From NCBI GenBank assembly GCA_051047955.1, contig JBPGPT010000004.1, positions 744,001-782,750 on the forward strand: a DNA stretch of 38,750 nucleotides, written 5' to 3'. Below, piece after piece: positions 11,534-22,548 of the stretch. The DNA is from Cystobasidiomycetes sp. EMM_F5 (taxonomy: Eukaryota). The notes below the pieces were generated by a model. That model was not told where the DNA came from. It made no database searches and worked only from the letters and a program-made list of their open reading frames with translations. Position numbers and translations under genes: made by a program. The first letter of the stretch is position 1. Each line of letters starts with the position of its first letter.

Positions 11534-11586
11534 TGTGCACGTAGGTATGCGCCGTCGTGTGCACGTAGGTATGCGCCGTCGTGTGC
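11534..11586. repeat. Perfect 24-bp tandem duplication (about 2.2 copies)
   Basis: TGTGCACGTAGGTATGCGCCGTCG at 11534-11557 and 11558-11581, followed by TGTGC. Intergenic, upstream of the MCT transporter. Confidence 0.95.
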
Positions 11587-11912
11587 TACCGGTCCGACAG
11601 CACCATCACGAAATTTCGCTCGCGCAACCATGAAAAGCGCCAAGGATGGACCCGATGATTGGGTAGCAGCGCGGCGGGGATTGACTGCATCAGGGTATGC
11701 ATCTACACTAAGCTAGGCCTTCTCCGGCCTGCGACGGGCAGTGCCAGCCAAAAACCTGTATAGCTTATCGATTCTTGTTTCGGCTTTGCGTGCCCGAACA
11801 TTTCGGATATCTAATTGATCCGAGAATTCGAAATATCGTAGATCTAGTCATTCTGCGTCTGTTTGCTTTCGAGCACCAACCTGCGTGCAAGATTGTTTTG
11901 GTTGTGCACGGA

Positions 11913-13704
11913 ATGGCCGACAGCACCACTTCAACACTGCGAGCTGAGCCGGGCACGACCAGAAAGTCTCGAGATCTAGATGTGCAGTCGGGCACTAGCA
12001 AGGGAAAGACTGGTGACGATGAAGCTGCGCTCGTTGGAGACGAGGTAGCGGATACGTCGCTGGGTATCAGCCCAGACTCGGATGACAAGGAAGCCAGCCT
12101 CGAGAAAGGGATTCCTCTGTCGCCCGTAAAGGAAGAAGCGCCGTCATTTCCTGTAGGCACATGTAATTGCGTTTGGTCGCAACGAGGTATCCTGATTGTT
12201 AATTGTTACTGCAGGACGGAGGATATGGATGGTACGTGTGCCGCACGTCAATGCTCATCCTCCGAAACCTGCTAAAGATACTGCCACTCTACGCGCACAG
12301 GGTCATTGTCGCCTGCGGAGTCGCACTATCAGCCGTGACATGGGGTATCAACAGCTCTTTCGGCGTCTTTCTCAGCTTCTACATCCAAAATGACTACTTT
12401 CCCGGCGCGACAAACCTTCAATTTGCTTTCGTCGGAGGACTCTCCCTATCTTGCGCAATGCTGGTTGGGCCAGTATCTAATTATCTGAGGTCGGCATGCC
12501 TGTGCTTGCTCTCCGCTGGCTAGGGAAAAAGGCTGACTGATGATTCGTAGTAAACGATGGGGCGTTCAAGCTACGATGGCTATCGGAAGTTGCTTTTTAG
12601 CAGGTGGACAGATAGCAGCAGCATTCGCTACGCAGATGTGGCATCTCTTCCTCACGCAAGGAGTCTGCTTTGCATTAGGTCTCGGGTTCATCATGGTTTC
12701 TAACCAGCCCATTGTCGCGCAATGGTTTGGAAAGAAACGAGCACTGGCGAGCGGGATAGTCGGCGGTGGATCAGGCGTCGGCGGTCTTATTTTTTCGAAT
12801 CTGTCTCGCTACCTTATCGAACATAAAGGTCTAAAATGGGCATTCCTCGTAAATGGTATAGCATCAGCAGCAGTCATGTTACCGGTGACAATCTTGATGA
12901 AGCGTGAGTTGCAGTACCAGAGTACGAGCTATGCGGGAATTGGAAAAACTGACAATGTCACGACTATCCGCACTTCAGCCCGGTCAAAACCACTCAAAGC
13001 TCGGTTCGAGCCGTTCAAAGTTGGACTCTTTCGAAATCCTGGTTTCTTGTCAATAGTAGCCTGGGGATGCCTTCTCCAATTCTCATATCTTGTCGGCCTC
13101 TACGTGAGTTGGCTTGACGGTCGCAAAGCACACTTTCACGCTTACCTTACTTTGATCTATTTTGCAGACGATACCCCCATATGCCACCGACGGCTTAGGT
13201 TTCACGCAAACACAAGGTTCTACTCTACAATCGCTTCTATCTGCCGGACAGATCATCGGTCGACCGCTGTGCGGTCTTTTACTCGACCGTATTGGTCGAT
13301 TCAATGGTGCCTCGGTCGTCTCAATCGCAGCGGGCTTTACATGCCTATTCATCTGGATGTTTGCTCGTAGCATGGCCGTCCTTGGACTCTTCGCCGTACT
13401 TCAAGGAGGGCTCGGCGGCATATTCTGGATAAGCAATGCCGTCCTCCTCACCGAGATGGTCGGTATCAGAGATTTATCTTCCGCAGTGTCCATGCTCTGG
13501 TTGGCCATTGTTATTCCAGCAACAGTATGCGAACCAATCGCGATTCTTTTACGCGAACAGAGCATCAGCCAAGGGAAGACTGGAGCAGCTACATATCAAG
13601 GAGCCATCGGCTTTGCGGGCGCATTCTTTGTTGCTGCTGGATTGGCGCTACTGGGGGCCAAGTTCTATAAGCAGAAAAGTTTGAAGTGGGTGCAAAAGAC
13701 GTAG
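11913..13704 (+). CDS. MFS transporter, monocarboxylate porter (Mch-like) family
   Basis: Spliced FP-DGGYGW-VIV motif (17-nt micro-exon), WGINSSFGVF, LFLTQGVCFALGLG, AQWFGKKRALASGIVGGGSGVGG and GRPLCGLLLDRIGRFN, with about 12 hydrophobic segments. Confidence 0.92.
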
Positions 13705-14185
13705 TAGTGCATTTGGGAGTCTCAGCATAATCACAGTATTGCAATCTGTGGCCTAGCATTACATCAACAGTAGTATCTGTACTCATATTTGTACAAAGCC
13801 ATCTGATTGACAGCAGTCAGATCGACGAAGCGAACAAGAGGCGTGGATGGTGCAATGCAAAGCTACACGAAAGATGGAATAATTGTGAGAGATGATACAT
13901 ATGGAGAGCGTCGCAAAAGCTAAGGAAGACGCTGTCAGCCAAATTTACTGAGTCCGGTTAATGGCGGTCGAATAGCTCACCGTTGGAAAGACAGAAAGCT
14001 ACACTGAGAATACGGTTTGTTTCCTAGCCTTGTAGATACCAGATCATTTCAAATGCAGATCATTAAGTGCAGAAGCCCTTTGCATTCCCTATTAAGCTTT
14101 TTGACATGAAAGACAGAGAAAAGTGGCGTACCGTACTGATTTCCGAAAGAATGCCGGGATTTATGGTGCCTGATGACGAGCGGTG

Positions 14186-14496
14186 TCAACAGCAAACAGA
14201 AGCGCCTGACAGCGATTTTGTTGAGATGTAGCACGATGCCGTCTTTGGCATCTCTTTTGAGGGCACAGCTAAAGGGACTGTGTGTTGCTGTAATTGGGCT
14301 TTACGCGCAAACTCGACAGCCCTGAAGCATCTCATTGTCCATGCGGATATCCGAGCTGGTTAACGGAGGTTGGCAGGTCAGCACATTGCTACAAGATCTT
14401 TGACAAGGCTGCTTGATGGACGCGACACGTACCATGGTAGAGCTGCTCGTCGTTTGAAAGTCGACGCGTCTGATATGTTTGCGAGAGGTGTGACAT
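14186..14496 (-). CDS. Candidate spliced small ORF (77 aa), unknown function
   Basis: A strong-consensus 77-nt intron (14432-14356: GTACGT...GCTGAC...CCAG) joins MSHLSQTYQTRRLSNDEQLYH to ARISAWTMRCFRAVEFARKAQ...GASVCC*. No homology recognised. Confidence 0.3.
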
Positions 14497-15858
14497 ATCG
14501 CTATAAATGTAAAGCAGAGGTCAAAGCGCAAGGTGCGCAACGGTGCTTTTTGACAGATAATGTCAAGAAATGCTGCAGGATATCCCAGTTCCCCGGAGAG
14601 GCCGGTGTCTTGTCGAAGATCCGGATACTGTAGATGCCCCTGGAAAATGGGACGCTATGAAGATCCGCTTTTTCTCGGCCGTTCTTTTTCAACGAAGTCG
14701 CGTCTTTGGAACAGCTTGGATTGAAGTCAGCCTTTGGGTCAGCTCGTCGTTGTTCCCATCTCGACTTGGCGGAAAGCAGTTCCGGTAGCCCTTTAGCGTC
14801 CTTTTAGCGCGACCTGAAATACTTTGACGACGCTCGCCCCGGGTCGTCTTCCGCGATAAACAGCAAGCGCACCTGGATACTAACCATGATGATGCTGTGG
14901 AGTGCAATGACGAGGTTATGGAAGTTTGCTGGCCGTGGAGATGAGCCCAAATGAGCTGAGAGCTGAGCTCGAGCTATTTCGCGGGTGGATTTGACGTGGA
15001 CGGCGAGTTTGGCAGCAGTCAACGGGTGCAGCTGTATCATCTCCTACAGTGAGAGCGGTCATCGCTTCGTTGAGTGCCGTGGACCGCAGCGGACGTGGGA
15101 CGTGCACAGTCCAGAGATTCGCCGTGTTTCGAACAAAAACTTCTCGGTCTTACACCAATTCGAAGCATGAAAGCGATAAGTTAAGCCCTGCGTCAACGTT
15201 GATCCATATGCAATACTTCATGGTCAACTACGAGTCGGTACCAGCCGTGACAGGTCGGGATTTGCCTTCGCTGGATGCCAAACGAATTCTCGCAAACTCA
15301 GCCCATACCGTTCGAAATTCTCTTTTTACATACACAACTGGCATCGTAGGGACGGCCCAGACGGTACGTCAGTAAACACTCGCAGGATATTCTTTGCTCA
15401 GGGCGTTTCGCTGCAGGTCCGGAGGCGGAGGCAATTCTGACTGGATGATCTCGGAGCTTTGCTCAGTTTAATGTCCAAACCACTGACTACGGCTACATAT
15501 GACCATCTCCCCCACCTTACCATCCCCTCGCCCTCCCACACGCTTTTGCCTAGAATGCTTCTCGCAGTCCGAGAGCGCATGCGCTCGAGACTGGTTCCAC
15601 AGGAGTGCAAAATTCTAACAAGCGAAGGTCTAAGTGGAAGATAAAATCTCGTCACAGGTCGACGCACGCGCATCGCACCCGTACGAGCGGAAGTCAGACG
15701 CCGGACGATGCGATTTATACTCCACGCTCTCATTCATGCGCCGCCAGCAATGGCTACTTTTTACGCGAATCGCACGAGCACTAATTGTATCTCATATCAT
15801 ACGTTGTCCTATATGCAATGCATGATACTGCCATCTATACGTTCATGAGGAGATTGCG

Positions 15859-17284
15859 CTAATCCCAGTCTGGAAAACCCATCTTGATTTTGCCCCAGGC
15901 TGGAGTAAGGAGACGCTGAGAATGCCTCTGCTGAATAGCGTTCAAGGTCTTCATGTCCTCTTCGCCGAGCTTGATGACCTTCAGATTGCTCTTTACGCGT
16001 GAAGGAGTCACGCTCTTAGGCAGAACGACAACGCCCCGCTCGACTAAACAAGAAAGATTCGTAAGTCTGGTCGACTTCTATTTGATGGACACGCACCTTG
16101 GTATGAAAGTAATATAGTAGCGGGCTCTACGTTATGCTTCTCGGCGAGCTTGACTACGTCCTCGTCCTTCATTCTGTTGTTCGCAAGACGTCAGCATCGT
16201 GAAAAGCTCTTTTGCACGCCAAGCTCACAAGGGAGAATCCTGACTACCCAACGGACTGTATGCTTCAACGATGATGTTTTTCGATTGGCAGTATTTGACG
16301 AGATCGTCTTGCGGCAGGTATGGATGCAGCTCTACTTGATTGGCATGCGGAACAACCTCGGCTGTCTTGAGCAGTTGCTCTAGCTTTGGTATCGACCAGT
16401 TGCTGACCCCGATTGCGCGCGCTTTGCCAGTTTTCAGGACCGCCTCCATCTGCTGCCATGTGTCTTTGCAGACATCATGGTCGTAGTCAATATCGCGTTC
16501 GCCATTTTCTAACCTGAAAATTACGTGCATCAGACTACACCCACTCGTCTAGCGGCTCATGACTCACGTCGGTGTCTTTGGGTGGTTGCCCTTCTCGTTC
16601 AGCGCAATCGGCCAGTGAATCAAGTATAAATCGACATAGTCGGTTCCGAGGGACTTCAAGGTTTCGTCCAGGCATTCCTCAGCACGCTTGTGATATGTGC
16701 ACCATAGTTTGCTCTGCAAAGCCGTCGCCTTTTTTAGCTGCTTTCATTACCTCGCTGCCTGTCTGGCCATTACATACGGTGATGAAAATATCTTTGCGAC
16801 TGCACATAAAATGCTGTCAGCACAATAAGTGAGGACGATAGATATTCAAGACTAACTTGACGCCGGATTCTTTGATTCCCTGTCCTACTTCGTTCTCGTT
16901 GCCTACGCTCGGTGGGTAATTAGCAGATATCACACAGAAAAAAGCGAAAGCCCAAAGTACCGTAAATGAAGGCGCAATCCTACGTAGACACGGACTCATA
17001 ATCAGTGTAAGAACATCGCTTGTTGGTTCGTCTTGCACTTACCAGGTGAGTATAGCCATTTTGCAACGCGACTTTGACGGCCTAAAACGCCTTTTAACGG
17101 CCTGAAAACGCTCCGAATCGTCTCTGCTTACTTCTGCAACCTTTCCGCTGTCGCTCCTCCAGGTACCTAAGCCTTTTTACAACCTTTAGCTATTTCTTTT
17201 GCTCCCACACACAAATTCAATCCTGGTCTCACCGACAGCCGGGATTTCCGCGCCAGTTGCCAGCTTAAATGATGGAATAGACAT
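15859..17284 (-). CDS. Aldo-keto reductase (Gcy1/Ypr1-like, NADPH-dependent)
   Basis: Spliced [22 protein letters not shown]...GYTHLDCAFIYGNENEVG...IFITSKLW...[43 protein letters not shown] and [10 protein letters not shown]. The Asp/Tyr/Lys/His catalytic tetrad is intact. Confidence 0.95.
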
Positions 17285-17516
17285 CTTATTCAGTGGAACA
17301 AGGTTAGTAAAGCAAGTTTGAATAGAAAAGCAGCGAAAAGAATTGTTTCTTCGTCAGATCTGGTCGCCTCCGGTTAGCGAAGAAATGACGATGCTCGCTT
17401 GCCGGTCGGCAGAAACAGTGGCAACGGAACAAGCAAGAATACTGTATTTTCATTCTTATCTGTGCTTCTAGCCATCGAAACTGTCTACATCTCAGACCAT
17501 ACGCTCGAACAGTCCA

Positions 17517-19867
17517 TTATCGATTCATGGGATCGCCTATCGATGGATCCTTGTCATTGAAAGTCTCGCTACGCGAATGTAATAACAAAGCTTCACTATC
17601 TTCTGGAAGCTCCTCCACAACGTCGCTTGAGGTTCCTTTTTCCTGACCGATGCTCCCCGGTATACAGAACGTCACGACTAGGGAGATCACTAGTAGTGGT
17701 ATGCAAAACAGCCTAAACAATCAAGGTGAAAGGGTTAGCTTTGCACTGAATAGCGACATTCTCACGTACCATACGACCCTGATAGCATCAACATGAATAC
17801 CAATAACTTGGTCGCGCAACGCGAACGGTGCTATGGTTCGCAATCGGTCAACCGATTTATCTACCAGCATGTTCTTCACAGTCGCGTCTTGGTTTGGGAT
17901 GCGCAGAATCGCACGTCGAGCAGAGCCGCTATACAATGCACCTCCAATGGCGACTATCAGTATAAACATTATTTCAGCGCAAGTTTGATACGTCCGAACA
18001 ATTGTATATACCGCCTGCTGCACCCATAAGGCTCCGCAAAAGACCGAAACCAGCCGTAGCCTTCGCGTCTCAATAGTCAGCTCGAATGACCGTGTTTCAT
18101 GTAGACCATTGTGAAAATACCGTTGCAAGATCCTTTTTTGACATCGAGGTCTGTAAAATCAGCATTGGCAACGTCCAATTTGGACCTACGCTGGAATGCG
18201 ATCCCGTCAGAAATGGCGGACGCGGACGCAACGGACACCGATGCTCTTCCAACTAAATTTGTGACTCACCCCAGGGCAGGGATCAGCACTATTAGCTCTT
18301 GCAGGAATGTCGGAGTCTTGGCTCGAAGCAGGCAGAGCAGCCCAAATCCGACACACATCACCAGCATAGCACCTGCCATGACATTTCGGTAACGCGGTAA
18401 TCTTTGCAGCAGAAATCCAACAGCTGTCGAAGTGACTGCCGGAGGTTTCGACTCAGCTTGCTGACAGACTCCGAAAAATGGACATCGTGCCCTACGACTT
18501 GCTCCAAATGCGAAAGGAATCGTCCGCAGACCAGCCTGATATGGAGTATGGCCGATGATCTCGAAATACAATGGCAAATCTGGTGCAGTCACGCGTTAGA
18601 CTATTCGAAGGCGGATGGAATCTCCTTACAGTATACAGCAGCCATGAAAGCCAATGCATGAAACCCGTTTATCAGCATAGCACTTGCGCTAGTCCGCTGG
18701 CGAAATACTGCTGGCGGTATCAGGGCAGACTTGCTGGTGTGCATTTCGTTATACGCCGCCCCAACGAGCACGACAATACCCAGAATGAGCACGGCGCCCG
18801 AAGTGGCGCTTACGCCTGAAGTCGAGAGCGTGCACCCTAGCAAGACTACGCAAACGGCGCTGATCAGCTGAAGATAGAGCGATCGTTCTCCACTGGCTCA
18901 CAAATCGCGGAACCACCGACGAGCAAGATCAGTCCGTACGTATCAAATTCCTCTGCATGCGTGCGCCATGGCTTTTCGTTGTGCATCGGGATATTGAGAT
19001 GCTGTTGAATGATCCAAGCCGCGGTCAAGCAGATGGGAGCATTGATCGCGAAGATGAACCGCCACGAGACCATCTATTTGACACTTTATGAGGCGTGTGT
19101 TGCAGGCAAGTAAGCTACATCTCCTCACCGAGACGATCAGGCCGCCAAGAAGACCGCCCAAGCTGCTGCTGATTCCCCAAGTCGCCGACACGAGGCCGAT
19201 GTAGACACCGCGGTCGCGTAAGTTAGTAAGATCTGCTACGATAATCCGTACCACTAGATGGACGTCAGGCTATTTATAGGTTGGGTGCGTGGTGTTGCCA
19301 TACATTGCATGACACCTGGCCACAAAGTCAGACGGGGGATGTATGTGTGAAGCGAAATATCCATACCTCCTCCTCCGACACCCTGTACCGCTCGTGCGAT
19401 GATCAGCCAAATCATGCTTGGCGACACCGAACACGCCAGCGAACTGCAGAGTGTTCTCAATAGGCGGGATGAAGTCTATGCTACTTACGCACCCGATGCT
19501 GAATGTAAACAATGCAAACAATATTGAAGCCTTTCTCCCAAGTATGTCTGCCATTTTTCCATAAAGAGGGGCAAATGAGGCTGCACACAGCAGGTAGGCT
19601 GTCGCCGCCCATGTATACATTCTGGTCGCCGCGGCTCAGCGACGCAACGTTCGAAGTTTCTCCTCGAACTCACTCTCCATCATGTAGATCAGCTCGGATA
19701 GTGTCAAGCACAACCGCCAGTACGGTTTGATCTGCGGCTGCTGCGAAAACGGAGAGCAACAGGGCGGCGAATACTAGATTGAACGACCGCTAGAAGTCGA
19801 CAGTCAGTACAAGGGAATAAAATACGAGGTCAGCGCAGACCTTTGTCAGCGCAGTATCGTCAGACAT
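17517..19867 (-). CDS. MFS drug:H+ antiporter-2 (DHA2) family transporter, copy A
   Basis: Multi-exon, and the junctions I checked are in phase: MSDDTALTK-RSFNLVFAALLLSVFAAAADQT, YTWAATAYLL, PLYGKMADILGRK, RAVQGVGGGG, IVADLTNLRDRG, SWRFIFAINAPI and ATAGFGLLRSL. Confidence 0.9.
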
Positions 19868-20143
19868 ATTGTCTCGTTAGGTCATAGGCGTATATTGGTC
19901 TGAAGCAAAGGTATGACTCGACCGGAAGCGCGTCGGACGAGGACCAATGCTCGGTAAGAAGCAGCCTGGTGGGCTTGAAGCAACTCCGCAGCCCTGCCGG
20001 TGCAATCTTTGATAACCCGTCGTAAATCGGCCAAGTCAACTCGACTTCGGCACGCCCCTTCGGTTCGATACGCGTAGATTGAAAAGCTTTCAAGCTTGCA
20101 CGGACGCCATAGACGCTGACGCCTGACCCGCTGATATACTGAT

Positions 20144-22336
20144 ATGGCTGGCAGTGAAGCTACAGCTGTAGGAGATGGTAGCTTCGGACATGAAACCGCT
20201 GGTCTTGAAGGAGAAAAGCCAGCAATGATGCCACCATCGCCAATACACGACAAAGTCGATCCAGAAGCTGTGGATCCGAACGCAACTGGCTGGAGGGCTG
20301 AAGTCCACGAGATTCCAAAGCAAAGATCGTTCGCGCTCGTGTATACCGCTTTACTGCTCACGGTAAGCCATCTTTGCAATTCAAGCGCATGAAGCCATTT
20401 CGAGTCAATCTGAGCTAAAACCAACCTGCTATCGTAGGTCTTCCTCGGTGTAAGCCATTGTTTGATTCTTCTTAAGCCCCACTTGTTGAAGCTGACTGAC
20501 ATACATTTTTTCAACGATATCTTCTTTTATTCCAACAACTAGGCAATGGACCAGACAATTGTGTCGACTGCTCTTCCGACTGTCATCAGAGAGCTTGGAA
20601 ATGCCGGCAACCTGTACGCGTGGGTCGGCTCTGCCTATCTGCTGATGGCGGCCTGTGTCGCACCTTTAGTGAGTTCGCGTGCATCGGATGGCAACTTGCT
20701 TGCACCCGGTCAGTCTTTGTTGACTGTCACGGCCTTCATCTACAGTATGGAAAGCTTAGCGATGTGTTTGGCCGAAAGCCCATGCTCATGATCGCTCTGA
20801 GTATTTTCCTCTTTGGAAGCGCTATGTGCGGAGCCAGTCAGTCAGTCATATGGCTGGTCATCTGCAGAGGATTGCAAGGAATTGGTGGCGGAGGGTGCAT
20901 TCAACTTGTTCAGATCACCATCAGCGATATCACATCTTTGGCCGACCGCGGAAAGTATGCCGGTGGAATTGGCTCGGTTTGGGGAATTGCGAGCGTGATT
21001 GTGCGTAATAGCGGATGGGAATACTATATATGCTGATTTCTCTGCGTAGGGTCCGTTGATTGGCGGAGCCATAGTTGATAAAAGCAGCTGGCGATGGATC
21101 TTTTGGATCAATCTTCCCATTGGTGCTCTGGTTGCCGTAATCTTTCTATTCTTCATGAATGTTCCTCGTAAAACGCAAAAGACCCTACAAACGCACGTAC
21201 GGGAATTCGATATCATCGGCCTTGTTCTTTTGATGGGCGGTGTTGCAGCATTCCTCGTGGGCCTCAACAACGGCGCGGAAGGTTGGAGCACCCCGTCTAC
21301 TATTGCTCCGCTGGTCGTTGGTATCGCAGCCCTTATCGGTGGCTGCATAAACGAAGTCTTCACCAAGCAATCACCAATAGTACCACCTCGCCTGTTCCGC
21401 ACCCGTACGACGGCAGCTCTGCTAGGCATCGCTCATTTGCACGCCATTGGTTTCTTTTCTGTCGCATACTATCTAGTGTTATACTATCAAGTTCTAGGCT
21501 CTAGTGCCGTCATGGCCGGTATCAGAGCTTTAACATTCACTTTAGGCTGCAGTATCACCAGTGCTCTCGGGGGATTCATGCTCAAATTGTACGCATCACA
21601 TCGTTCACTGCTCAATATATATGCTAAACGTGTCTTGCTAGCTACCCGAATTACAAAGTCATTATGTGTGTACGTGCTTCGTATAACCTGTGTCTGACGT
21701 AATACAGACTGATGATTTGTATAGGCCTCGTTAGGCGTCCAGACCCTCGGTACAGGCCTCATGATTCTCCTTGATGCGAACTCTTCAGTAGCGGTCCAGG
21801 AGATCGTGACCCTCATCGGAGCTCTCGGATTGGGCTTCATATTCCCTCTTCCTCTCATTGCACTACAGGCGGCCATGCCTCCGTCCTCCATTGCGACTGC
21901 AACCGCCACTTTCGGTCTTCTTCGCACGCTCGGTGGCGCTGTTGGCATATCCATCGCCGGCTCCGTATATGGCTCCGATCTAACCAACCGGCTCTCGAAA
22001 GTAGCCGGCTTCAATGGTGGCTCATCGTTGGGATCTGCAAGCTCCGCCTTGACATACCCGATAAGCTCTTTGGCCAACATTACCCCCGCATCTCTGCGTA
22101 TGCAGGTCATACAAGAGTACTGTCTTGCTCTTCGTCTCATCTGGATAGTAATTACGCCAATAGTGGGCGTTGCCTTCTTACTCACTTTCTTACTCAAGGT
22201 GTATTCGCTTAATCGAGCGACAACACGACTACCTGGCAAGTCAAAGGGTGTACCAGATGCAGAGAAGGCTACGATCGACAACGCAGGCGCGAATGCCGTT
22301 GCAGGCGAGGCTTCCAAGGATGCAGCCCCGCTTTGA
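20144..22336 (+). CDS. MFS drug:H+ antiporter-2 (DHA2) family transporter, copy B
   Basis: RSFALVYTALLLT-VFLG (12-nt micro-exon 20438-20449)-AMDQTIVSTALP, WVGSAYLL, YGKLSDVFGRK, RGLQGIGGGG, SWRWIFWINLPIG and ATATATFGLLRTLGG. Confidence 0.94.
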
Positions 22337-22548
22337 ATCACAAATTCTCATAGAATCGCAGTTAACAGGTGCAAGGATTAGTATCATGGCAGTGCTTTAC
22401 AATGTGCAAATGTGTAGCCTAGGTTAGCATCAACTAGCAATCCCGCAAGCATTTCTCAGACATCTCCTTCCTTTGAATCACCGAGAGCGTCTTTGCATCT
22501 AAACGATTCAAAGCTGCGCATGTCGCTTTGCACCGGTTCAACGCAGCC

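Noticed and set aside
11534..11586. 24-bp repeat as a CRISPR array or transposon end
   Set aside because: The copies are directly adjacent with no spacers, the context is eukaryotic, and there is no cas gene, transposase or inverted repeat.
14885..14970. Possible box C/D snoRNA (ATGATGA...CTGA)
   Set aside because: There is no terminal stem and no rRNA-complementary guide that I could recognise. It would need a snoRNA or Infernal scan.
17517..19867. DHA2 copy A as a pseudogene
   Set aside because: The apparent frameshifts I checked resolve into canonical introns, including a 12-nt micro-exon.
11913..22336. Secondary-metabolite biosynthetic gene cluster
   Set aside because: Transporters and a reductase are present, but there is no PKS, NRPS, terpene synthase or cluster regulator in the window.
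19882..22341. Long minus-strand ORFs (210, 195 and 284 aa)
   Set aside because: They are antisense to DHA2 copy B and have no independent motifs.
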